DNA of 41,691 nt from assembly GCA_025362415.1 (NCBI GenBank), contig JANYGM010000475.1, positions 1 to 41,691 of the forward strand. Direction: 5' to 3'. How positions within the stretch are numbered: position 1 is the stretch's first letter; each line of letters begins with the position of its first letter. The translations under genes were made by a program, and so were the position numbers. The notes under the pieces were generated by a model. It was given only the letters and a program-made list of their open reading frames with translations. It had not been told where the DNA came from and ran no database searches. The stretch is from a bacterium (GTDB lineage: Bacteria > Bacteroidota > Bacteroidia > Cytophagales > Thermonemataceae). This document shows, one piece after another, positions 1-7,059 of this stretch.

Positions 1-1
1 C

Positions 2-109
2 GAAAAACAAAATGATATTTTAGTCGCAAAAAGGCAAAAATATAATGGTATGTCGTGGTCTTCAAATGGCTCATTAGCAATTACTTTGGTTACTGCAAGT
101 TTTTACTAA
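2..109 (+). CDS. C-terminal end of a transposase-like ORF entering from the left edge (EKQNDILVAKRQKYNGMSWSSNGSLAITLVTASFY*)
   Basis: Frame is open from the window edge to TAA at 107-109. The basic stretch followed by GMSWS..G near the C-terminus recalls the tails of ISKra4/ISLre2-type DDE transposases (from memory, not searched). It is followed by a 40-nt sequence that recurs at 13012-13050. Confidence 0.3.
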   Translation, partial: EKQNDILVAKRQKYNGMSWSSNGSLAITLVTASFY

Positions 110-111
110 AT

Positions 112-153
112 AATTTGCAACGGAACTTTTACACCAACAAATAATTTTTTCAA
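112..153 (+). repeat. Putative IS terminal sequence (aatttgcaacggaacttttacaccaacaaataa)
   Basis: Lies directly after the transposase-like stop codon. About 34 of 39 nt are identical to 13012-13050 in the same orientation. Confidence 0.4.
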
Positions 154-168
154 ATTTATAGAAATCAT

Positions 169-205
169 AAAAGCTCCTGTTGCGTTTTAGACAACAGGAG
201 CTTTT
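169..205. terminator. Bidirectional hairpin terminator between convergent ORFs
   Basis: aaaagctcctgttg (169-182) / caacaggagctttt (192-205) form a 14-bp perfect stem with a 9-nt loop, flanked by A/T runs. Confidence 0.6.
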
Positions 206-239
206 GTTTTATTCATATCTCAAACTTTCCAGTTCCTAT

Positions 240-2189
240 TTATTCGTGTAATAATTTCACTTCATTTATATCATCAAGCACAATCATATAACGTGTATTT
301 TCCTCTCCTTGTACTGTTCCAGCAGAAAGTTTGACAAGAATTTCATCACCCATTTTGTTGCGTATGGTAACAATACTGTTCCAATATCCGCCACGTGATA
401 AGTTGATACGCATTTCTTCAAATTTAGCTTCAGAATAAAACAAGCGACTTACAGAAAGCCCCTTCATTTCCTCTTGTGAATAGCGTAAAAGTTCATAAGA
501 AGTATTATTGCCAGACGAGATAAAAAACTTGTTATCAGCATATAAAATAGATGTATTTGCATCAAAAACGCCTTCTTTTTGTGCTGCAATAGCTTGCAAA
601 CGCTCTTTTTCTTCCTGTGCCTCTTGCATTTGCTCAAAATTTTGGAGCATCTCCTCTTCTTGTGCCGCTGATTGTTCTGCAAGTGCTTTAGAATCTTCCA
701 AGAGTTTTTGTGTACGTTCGTTACTTTTTGCGGTAGCAATTGCAGAACCAATGGATTCTGCAATTTTTTCTACAAATTCTATTTCAAAAGGCTCAAAAGC
801 TGTGAAAGACGCTAGTTCTACTACACCAAAAACTTGTTCATTTACCTTCAAAGGCACAATCAATATGCAACTAGGATTAGCTTGCCCAAGCCCAGAGGTA
901 ATCATTACGTAGTCGTTTGGTACTTCTGTGAGGTAAATAGTTGCTTTTTCTTGCCACGCTTGCCCAGTCAGTCCATCACCTAAATATACTTTTTGCTCCA
1001 AATATTTCTTTTTATTCCAAGCATAACAGGCTTCTAAGCGCATATAAGGCTCTTTTTTCTTACCATCTTCTTCCTCTTCTTCCACCACAATAAAAAGCCC
1101 GCCTTGATTAGCCTCTACATATTCTACTAATTTGGAGAGTACAATATCAGAAAGCTGTGCAATTTCATTATTATTTTTACGCAAAGTTTCTGCAAAAAGT
1201 GCCAATCCGTTGGTTGCCCAGTTACGTCTTCTATCTTCTTCTGCTACTTTTGCAAGGTTGTCTCTCATGTCCATTAGGGCATTTCCTAATACATCACTTG
1301 AAGAAAGTGGCTTGTAATCAGCTTGATATTGTCCTTTACCAATATTTTCTGCAAAAAACGAAGTAGAACGCAGACCCGCAATAAGTTTATCCACAGAACC
1401 TGCAATTTGCCCAATTTCATCTTTTCTAAAACGTGTTTTCTTGTCTTCTGGAAGTTCTCCTTTGCCAAGTTGCGAAATAACACTATTGATATATGCAATA
1501 GGTTTTACAATATTTGCAGCAATAATAAGGGCTATTATTACTCCCACGACAACAAGAAATACAATAAGAAGGGCAGTTTGTAGCTGTAATCTCTCAAAAG
1601 TATCCAATAATCTTTTTTGTGAGGCTTCTTTTTCTATCCGTTTTTTGGTTTCAATATCAACAAGTTTTCTATTGAGGACAGTTGATTGTTTGGCAATATT
1701 TGTTTCAATAATAGTTTCTGCTCCTAGTTTTTTATCACTATTATCATAGTCTTCAAACTGTTTGAGCGTGTTCATTATCTCCTTTTGAGATTTTAAGATT
1801 TGCTCAAAATCTCTACTAATAGAGTCCATACGAGTTTTTTGTAGCGTATCAGACCACGAACGCACAAGCGGTTCTAGGCGTGCCTGCAACTGTGCATAAT
1901 GTATGTTATGAATATCTTGTAATGCTTGTCTGTTTTCATCTTTGATAACATTAGACGTTGGTGGCGGAGAAAAGACCCAGATATACGTTCCTTGCAAAGA
2001 ATTTGAAAGCAAAAGTTTAAAATCTTTGATAGCATCTAACGAAGGGTCAATATTTTCTTTGGCAAGTTGAATATTTTTTGTATTTTGATTAAGCGTATAA
2101 ATGCTATAAGCACCATATCCCGCAAAAGCAAGTACCAAAGAGAAGAACCCTATAAGGATTTTGTTACGAATAGTAAATCCAAAATTCAT
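240..2189 (-). CDS. Membrane sensor protein: TM - extracytoplasmic helical domain - TM - HAMP - GAF - coiled coil - PAS-like; no recognisable output domain
   Basis: 649-aa ORF. It has an N-terminal TM segment, a second TM (LLIVFLVVVGVIIALIIAANIV) followed by a HAMP-like segment, a GAF-like core (GGLFIV...LTGQAW...VPLKVNEQVFGVVELASF), a Q/E-rich coiled coil and a PAS-like C-terminus. No HisKA, HATPase or GGDEF motifs were seen. Confidence 0.65.
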   Translation of the reverse strand: MNFGFTIRNKILIGFFSLVLAFAGYGAYSIYTLNQNTKNIQLAKENIDPSLDAIKDFKLLLSNSLQGTYIWVFSPPPTSNVIKDENRQALQDIHNIHYAQLQARLEPLVRSWSDTLQKTRMDSISRDFEQILKSQKEIMNTLKQFEDYDNSDKKLGAETIIETNIAKQSTVLNRKLVDIETKKRIEKEASQKRLLDTFERLQLQTALLIVFLVVVGVIIALIIAANIVKPIAYINSVISQLGKGELPEDKKTRFRKDEIGQIAGSVDKLIAGLRSTSFFAENIGKGQYQADYKPLSSSDVLGNALMDMRDNLAKVAEEDRRRNWATNGLALFAETLRKNNNEIAQLSDIVLSKLVEYVEANQGGLFIVVEEEEEDGKKKEPYMRLEACYAWNKKKYLEQKVYLGDGLTGQAWQEKATIYLTEVPNDYVMITSGLGQANPSCILIVPLKVNEQVFGVVELASFTAFEPFEIEFVEKIAESIGSAIATAKSNERTQKLLEDSKALAEQSAAQEEEMLQNFEQMQEAQEEKERLQAIAAQKEGVFDANTSILYADNKFFISSGNNTSYELLRYSQEEMKGLSVSRLFYSEAKFEEMRINLSRGGYWNSIVTIRNKMGDEILVKLSAGTVQGEENTRYMIVLDDINEVKLLHE

Positions 2190-2207
2190 ATTTAGTTGTG
2201 AGTCTTA

Positions 2208-2240
2208 AATTGTGAATTGTAAATTGTGAATTGTGAATTA
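2208..2240. repeat. Heptamer tandem array (aattgtg aattgta aattgtg aattgtg aatta)
   Basis: 4.7 units in exact 7-nt register, 19 nt upstream of the start codon at 2189. The sense strand of that gene reads AATTCAC (G-free type). Confidence 0.85.
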
Positions 2241-2470
2241 TATATTAGGTAAATGAATATAAAATGCTTATAATTAAGGCATTAAACACTCACTTTCATA
2301 AAAATAATAACAATTAGCTATCAATAGCTACCTAAAACGGCACAATTACTTATTTTAATTCCAAATATAAGAATAGTTTAGATATATTCACATCAAAAAA
2401 AAGAAAATGTATTTTTTTCTTTTTGCTACAACATAACTTTTATACAACTATTATTTTCGTAATAATATAC

Positions 2471-2501
2471 TTGTATTACTCCCCTTTGGGGCTGGGGGCT
2501 G
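2471..2501 (-). repeat. GC-rich REP-like element (cagcccccagccccaaaggggagtaatacaa family)
   Basis: The reverse complement matches 33575-33607 almost base for base. Related arms occur at 15903-15989. It abuts the dapB stop codon. Confidence 0.7.
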
Positions 2502-2504
2502 TTT

Positions 2505-3218
2505 TTACTCCAAATCAAGCAAATCTTCCATACCTAACATACCTTTTTTGTCTTTGACAAATTCTGCGGCAAGCACTGCCCCTAGCGCAAAGCCTTTTCT
2601 GCTATGTGCCTGATGTGTTATTTGGATTAAATCTTCCTCAGAATTATAGCTAATAATATGCGTTCCTGCTACGTCTGGTTCACGTTTAGAAATAATTTCT
2701 AAGTCGTGAGGATTTTTAGTAGGCTGATTTACCCAATTTTCTTTTTGGGTTTGATGATGTAATATGCCTTGTGCAAGCGTGATAGCAGTTCCGCTTGGTG
2801 CATCTTTTTTTTCTGTGTGATGAATTTCTTCTATATTGACATCATAAACATTATATTTTGCCATTATTTTAGCTAATATTTTATTTATATGAAAGAAAAT
2901 ATTCACACCCAAACTATAATTAGAAGAGTAAAAAAAAGTGCCTTTATTGTGTTTGCAAATCTCGTGAACTTCTGCTTGTCTAGCTAGCCAGCCAGTCGTA
3001 CCACAAACAATAGGAATGCCATTTTCTAAGCAATATTTGATGTTATTAAAAGCTGCTTCAGGTTGCGAAAACTCTATGGCAACTTGCGTATTGTCAGCCG
3101 TGATAGTGCTTATAGGTGTGTCTAAGTCTATGCGTGAGATAATGTTGTGCTTGCGTTCTAGTGCAATTTGTTCAATGGTTTTACCCATTTTTCCGTAGCC
3201 AATAAGGGAAATATTCAT
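2505..3218 (-). CDS. dapB: 4-hydroxy-tetrahydrodipicolinate reductase
   Basis: 237 aa. N-terminal Rossmann motif MNISLIGYGKMGK and central EIHHTEKKDAPSGTA, the conserved DapB E-x-HH-x-K-x-D-APSGTA signature. Confidence 0.9.
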   Translation of the reverse strand: MNISLIGYGKMGKTIEQIALERKHNIISRIDLDTPISTITADNTQVAIEFSQPEAAFNNIKYCLENGIPIVCGTTGWLARQAEVHEICKHNKGTFFYSSNYSLGVNIFFHINKILAKIMAKYNVYDVNIEEIHHTEKKDAPSGTAITLAQGILHHQTQKENWVNQPTKNPHDLEIISKREPDVAGTHIISYNSEEDLIQITHQAHSRKGFALGAVLAAEFVKDKKGMLGMEDLLDLE

Positions 3219-3363
3219 ATATTTTTTGGTTTGTTTTATAGAATTTACAGAAAAACCGTTTCCAACTTCAAAATAAGGTAATACAAGTACACTTTTACGA
3301 AAATGACAAATGTATTTAACGTCCCCTTTGAGGATTTATGGGCTAAAATGAATTTTATTTTAG

Positions 3364-3472
3364 TGCGGAGAGATGGGCTTGAACCACCAAAAAAACGTAC
3401 TCTGTGTTTGTCATTTTAAAATCTGTTGTCGGAGCAGACTAAAAAACCGCTTTACCAATTTGCTATCTCCGC
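3364..3472 (-). ncRNA. tRNA-like element with intact acceptor stem and T arm but a non-canonical 58-nt insert in place of the anticodon/variable region
   Basis: Minus strand reads GCGGAGA-TA-GCAAATTGGTAAAGC-GG...(58 nt)...GGTGG-TTCAAGC-CCATC-TCTCCGC-A. The acceptor stem pairs 7/7. The T arm is 5 bp with one G.U. The D stem has only 2 Watson-Crick pairs. A 7-bp hairpin (3343-3363) follows immediately. Confidence 0.4.
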
Positions 3473-3554
3473 AAAAGTACCCCTCCCAATTCAATATCCT
3501 TCGGCAGGAGGGGTTTTATGTGGCACATCTTTTAGAAAGGTTTAAGCTGAATAC

Positions 3555-3586
3555 GCAGACACTTTAACCAATTAAGCTACCCAACC
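3555..3586 (-). pseudogene. tRNA 5'-half-like segment (acceptor 5' strand, D arm, anticodon-stem 5' strand)
   Basis: Minus strand reads GGTTGGG-TA-GCTT-AATTGGTTA-AAGT-G-TCTGC. The D stem pairs 4/4 (one G.U). It is complementary to the 3'-half-like segment at 3614-3647. Confidence 0.45.
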
Positions 3587-3613
3587 TATTGATAATCAAT
3601 ACAATAGCTTTTG

Positions 3614-3647
3614 AGGTCAGGGACGGAATTGAACCGTCATCTCCTGC
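3614..3647 (-). pseudogene. tRNA 3'-half-like segment (anticodon-stem 3' strand, 4-nt variable loop, T arm, acceptor 3' strand, discriminator)
   Basis: Minus strand reads GCAGG-AGAT-GACGG-TTCAATT-CCGTC-CCTGACC-T. The T stem is a perfect 5 bp with a TTCAATT loop. Confidence 0.5.
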
Positions 3648-3800
3648 GGAGAACTTTCTAGGTCGCAATTCTATAAAAGACTGTATAAGTTCATATAAAA
3701 GTTCTAGACTTTTTTTAGCAAAACGCTATGATTTTATACAGCGAGTTTATAAGGGTGCAACCAGCCCACTACTCCTTCCTTTTCTTTGTGTTTTGTGCTA
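3648..3800 (-). ncRNA. Candidate omega-RNA (reRNA) scaffold of the tnpB element; extent approximate
   Basis: By analogy with characterised IS200/IS605 TnpB systems, the guide RNA scaffold overlaps the 3' end of tnpB and the right end of the element. An 8-bp pairing AGAACTTT (3696-3703) / AAAGTTCT (3649-3656) closes the ~85 nt downstream of the stop codon. No covariance model was applied. Confidence 0.3.
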
Positions 3801-4993
3801 ATTTCTAAGCATAAATTTTCATAAGAAAACTGAGGGGTTTCTTTTCTAAGAATATTATAAGCACCATTTACATCTGCATTGATAAAAACACCTTTATACG
3901 TCTTATAAAGCCCACGTTTGACACGTGTACCACTAAAACTATGGTTGGTTTTACTCAAATACATCTTTGGCATAGCATCATTATCAATGAAACTAGCTTT
4001 TGATGTGTAACTCTCTTCTCTTGTAATGACTTTAATGTCGTGCTTTTCTAATTTATACTTTATCTTTTGTATAAATTGACCAAGAGAAAGATTAACAAAA
4101 TTTTGATTATTCCTCTTTCCTAAATTTATTTTATTATTACTATTTTGAACATTCCCAATAATAACTGTACTTATTTGATTATCAACACATTGTTTAGTGA
4201 TTTTAGCACTTGCTTTATGTAAATAATCATTTATTTGTCGCTCACGTTTGCGAGTAATAACTTCTAGTTTTTTGCTATGATTTTTGTCGTTACGTTTTTT
4301 AAGAACAGACTTTATTTTAGATGTTCTTTTATTGTAATGTTGATTAATAGATTTTAATGGCTTTCCATTAAGTAGGAAGGGTTTTATAATACCATTACTC
4401 ACGCAAGTAGCCAAATTATTCAAACCCAAATCAATAGCCATTTTATTATCATTGCTTATAATTTTTTCGTAAATTTCTTTACTTTCGTAAGAAAAAATGG
4501 CTTCCAAATGACCATAACGACAATAAATTTCAATTTGATTGATTTTGTGGTTTAATAATTTTTTAGGTAAATCAATAGAAAAACTTTTTTTTAAGAAAAC
4601 TTGATTATCTTTTATTATAAAACGCTGATTATCAAATGTTAAATAACAATATTTTTCCTTAATAAATTTGGGAATACGTGGTTTTCCTTTGTATTTTTGT
4701 GGATTTTTGGCATAATCTTTCAAAGATTTAAAGAAACTTTGAAAGTTGGTACAAAGATTTCTAAGTAGTTGTTGGGCTACGCCCGCTTTCCAAATAAGCC
4801 TATAATTATACTGATTTTCAAGGTTTAAAACAGTTTTCATTAACTTGTCTAATTCTCCATAAGATAAAAAAGTTTGGTGTTCTTTATAGTGCTTTTTGAT
4901 ACAATAAAGAGCCTGATTATAAAGATTTTTTGCATAAAAACACTGCGTTTTTAGTTCCTTAAATTGGGATTTATCCAACTTACGGAGCTTCAT
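3734..4993 (-). CDS. tnpB: RNA-guided endonuclease TnpB (IS200/IS605 family accessory protein, IS1341-like solo form)
   Basis: RuvC-I AIDLGLNNLATC (D), RuvC-II TREESYTSKASF (E), RuvC-III INADVNGAYNILRK (D). The segment between RuvC-II and III has no cysteines, so no CxxC zinc finger. ATG at 4993 (MKLRKLDKSQF...) is preferred over the in-frame GTG at 5023. No Y1 transposase (tnpA) lies nearby. Confidence 0.85.
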   Translation of the reverse strand: MKLRKLDKSQFKELKTQCFYAKNLYNQALYCIKKHYKEHQTFLSYGELDKLMKTVLNLENQYNYRLIWKAGVAQQLLRNLCTNFQSFFKSLKDYAKNPQKYKGKPRIPKFIKEKYCYLTFDNQRFIIKDNQVFLKKSFSIDLPKKLLNHKINQIEIYCRYGHLEAIFSYESKEIYEKIISNDNKMAIDLGLNNLATCVSNGIIKPFLLNGKPLKSINQHYNKRTSKIKSVLKKRNDKNHSKKLEVITRKRERQINDYLHKASAKITKQCVDNQISTVIIGNVQNSNNKINLGKRNNQNFVNLSLGQFIQKIKYKLEKHDIKVITREESYTSKASFIDNDAMPKMYLSKTNHSFSGTRVKRGLYKTYKGVFINADVNGAYNILRKETPQFSYENLCLEISTKHKEKEGVVGWLHPYKLAV

Positions 4994-5201
4994 TTTAACA
5001 GATTTTATATACACTTTTTCCACAAGACAAAGATACTAAAAATAATCTATAAATAAAATACTTTCTTATATGATTTTATACGCTTTTACCAACTATATAT
5101 TTAATTTTATTTTTATCATAATTTTTTTAATTTACTTGTTGTTTCCTAGTCGTTGTTTATATCTTCACAAATAATCAGTAATATTTTTTGTATTCATTAA
5201 A

Positions 5202-5229
5202 AATTCCTAATTTCTAATTCCTAATTATT
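5202..5229. repeat. Heptamer array (aattcct aatttct aattcct aattatt)
   Basis: 4 units in register, overlapping the stop codon (5228-5230) of the minus-strand M28 peptidase gene. The gene-sense strand reads AATTAGG (C-free type). Confidence 0.8.
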
Positions 5230-6601
5230 AAAGATATTTATCCAACAAAAATACCAACGAGGCTATTCCTGCAGAACCAAGTGCCAATTCTCTAATATTT
5301 ACTTTGTCAAAAGTATCTGTTGAGGTATGATGATAATCAAAATAACGCTGTGAATCTGGTCTAAAACCTATCAAAATAACATTTTGCGGTTTCAAAGGCG
5401 CAATATCTGCACCACTTCCACCTTTTTTTATTTGTTCTATGCCATATTGAGCAAGTAGAGGCTGATATTTTTTGATTTTCTCTATTTTGTCGTCATCTGC
5501 ATCAATATCAAAACCTCGTGGCGTAAAACCGCCTGCATCTGATTCTATGGCAACTAAATGCTTTTCATTGAGCTTTTTAGCAAGTTCTGCATATTTATTT
5601 CCACCACGCAAACCATTTTCTTCATTCATAAACAAAACCGCCCTGATAGTACGTTTTGGTTTAATATTATTTTTCTTAAACAAACGCAAAACCTCCATAG
5701 ATTGCACCACGCCTGCACCGTCATCATGCGAGCCATCACCCAAATCCCAAGAGTCTAAGTGTCCGCCTACCAAAATAATTTCTTCTGGTTTTTCAGAGCC
5801 TTTTATCTCTCCAATAACATTGTGAGAAAGTACATCAGGCAACATTTCACAAAAAGTTTCAAAATAAAATTCTACTTTTTTACCTGTTTTTTCACTTTCT
5901 TTGAGTTTTTTACTAAGCAAATTTGCACCAATAGTGGAAATAGCTACTGCAGGCAAAGCTTTTGAGCCTTCATCATACAAAATAGAACCTGTATGTGGAT
6001 AATCATCTAGTGCAGTAGTAAGAGAACGCACAATAACGCCAACTGCACCATATTTAATGGCTTCTGCTGCACCTTTGCGCCTATATTTACCACTCAAACC
6101 ATAAGCCGTAAAAGTGCTTACGTGTTTGTCGTCCATTGCGACATTATAAAAAACTATTTTTCCGTTTAATTTTTCCTTTGGAATAAGTGCCATTTCTTCA
6201 AAAGATTGTATTTCAATGACTTCTGCACGTACTCCTTTTGCGCCTGTCGCTACAGAATTACCCAAAGCACAAACATTCATTACTGTTTTTTCTTTGCCAA
6301 TAAGCATTTTTGCATTTTCTTTTTTGCCACGTACCCAATGTGGCACCATCACCTCTTGCAAGAAAACTCTATCAAGTCCCAAAGAATCCAACATTTTTTT
6401 AGTAAAAATAACGGCTTTTTCTGCTGCTGGCGTACCACTAAGGCGACTTCCAATGGTATTAGAAAGGTATTCTAACCATTGATAAGAGGCACGACTGGTG
6501 AGCGCATCATCATATATTTTTCTGATAATTTCCTCATCTTTTTGTTGTGCAAAAGCAAAGATAGGACAAAATAAGAGCGTTAAAATAATTTTTTTAAGCA
6601 T
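5228..6601 (-). CDS. M28 family metallo-aminopeptidase, secreted
   Basis: 457 aa. Signal peptide MLKKIILTLLFCPIFAFAQQ. Zinc-ligand region GGHLDSWDLGDGSHDDGAGV and NEENGLRG are typical of M28 peptidases. Confidence 0.8.
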   Translation of the reverse strand: MLKKIILTLLFCPIFAFAQQKDEEIIRKIYDDALTSRASYQWLEYLSNTIGSRLSGTPAAEKAVIFTKKMLDSLGLDRVFLQEVMVPHWVRGKKENAKMLIGKEKTVMNVCALGNSVATGAKGVRAEVIEIQSFEEMALIPKEKLNGKIVFYNVAMDDKHVSTFTAYGLSGKYRRKGAAEAIKYGAVGVIVRSLTTALDDYPHTGSILYDEGSKALPAVAISTIGANLLSKKLKESEKTGKKVEFYFETFCEMLPDVLSHNVIGEIKGSEKPEEIILVGGHLDSWDLGDGSHDDGAGVVQSMEVLRLFKKNNIKPKRTIRAVLFMNEENGLRGGNKYAELAKKLNEKHLVAIESDAGGFTPRGFDIDADDDKIEKIKKYQPLLAQYGIEQIKKGGSGADIAPLKPQNVILIGFRPDSQRYFDYHHTSTDTFDKVNIRELALGSAGIASLVFLLDKYL

Positions 6602-6609
6602 AAGTTTTA

Positions 6610-6644
6610 AATTGTAAATTTTAAATTGTGAATTGTGAATGAAT
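6610..6644. repeat. Heptamer array (aattgta aatttta aattgtg aattgtg aatgaat)
   Basis: 5 units in register, 9 nt upstream of the M28 start codon (6601, minus). The sense strand is the G-free type (AATTCAC). Confidence 0.85.
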
Positions 6645-6734
6645 ACAATGTATTGATAATTAGTTGATTATATTTTTTTAGCAAATTTGTATTATTCTTA
6701 TTTGTGAATATATACTGTGAACGGCTTGAATTTC

Positions 6735-6930
6735 GGAAAATGTATTAAAGTCCAGCGGACTGGCATATTTATAGCAAATAGGTAGAAAATGTATTCAGCT
6801 CCAGCGGAGCGGTACTAGCAAGAGCTAGTTTTATAAATATCTCGCTCCGCTGGAGCGAAATACAAATACAACTCTATTTCTATAAAACTAGCTCTTGCTA
6901 GTGCCGTTCCGCTGGAACTAATACAAAATT
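6735..6930. repeat. Composite nested palindromic REP/MITE-like element
   Basis: Contains four short GC-rich hairpins: gtccAGCggac 6750-6760, gctccAGCggagc 6798-6810, cgctccGCTggagcg 6843-6857 and gttccGCTggaac 6906-6918. A perfect 21-bp inverted repeat joins ctagcaagagctagttttata (6815-6835) and tataaaactagctcttgctag (6881-6901). The leader motif ggaaaatgtatt occurs at 6735 and (g)gaaaatgtatt at 6785. Confidence 0.8.
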
Positions 6931-6990
6931 TGTTTTTCCAAAATCCTTCCCGTTTGCAGTATACTATAAAACGACTTCGTATCTTGAAAT

Positions 6991-7040
6991 AACAAAGCAT
7001 AAAAAAATACGGCATTTGCCGTATTTTTTTATGCTTTGTT
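6991..7040. terminator. Long hairpin terminator downstream of the IDH-like gene
   Basis: aacaaagcataaaaaaatacggca (6991-7014) - tt - tgccgtatttttttatgctttgtt (7017-7040), a 24-bp perfect stem. Confidence 0.7.
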
Positions 7041-7059
7041 TTGCACCTAACAGTGTAAA

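Larger units (their letters stand above)
3648..5090 (-). mobile_element. IS200/IS605-family tnpB-only element; boundaries uncertain
   Basis: tnpB is bracketed by a 13-bp direct repeat tatgattttatac (3727-3739 and 5069-5081), each adjacent to gcg/cgc. The element sits between two co-oriented housekeeping genes (M28 peptidase, dapB). Confidence 0.45.

Noticed and set aside
3364-3472. Calling the GCGGAGA...TCTCCGCA element a functional tRNA gene
   Set aside because: The D stem has only two Watson-Crick pairs. The region between the D arm and the T arm is 58 nt and has no canonical 5-bp stem / 7-nt loop with U33 and a purine at position 37. No anticodon can be assigned.
3373-3801. Plus-strand ORFs 3373-3567 (64 aa) and 3589-3801 (70 aa) in the tnpB-dapB intergenic region
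   Set aside because: They run antisense through tRNA-like stems and the tnpB 3' end, have low-complexity, Cys/Arg-rich odd composition and have no promoter or start context. They are better explained as chance ORFs over structured RNA-like DNA.
5024-5227. Group I intron (IStron-like) or tnpA remnant upstream of tnpB
   Set aside because: Only ~200 nt of very AT-rich sequence are available, without paired P-helix-like GC segments and without any ORF fragment resembling a Y1 or serine transposase.
6815-7015. 66-aa ORF on the minus strand
   Set aside because: It lies entirely within the composite palindromic repeat and the terminator hairpin. Its reading frame is a by-product of the repeat sequence (SSSGTALARASF... 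type translation).
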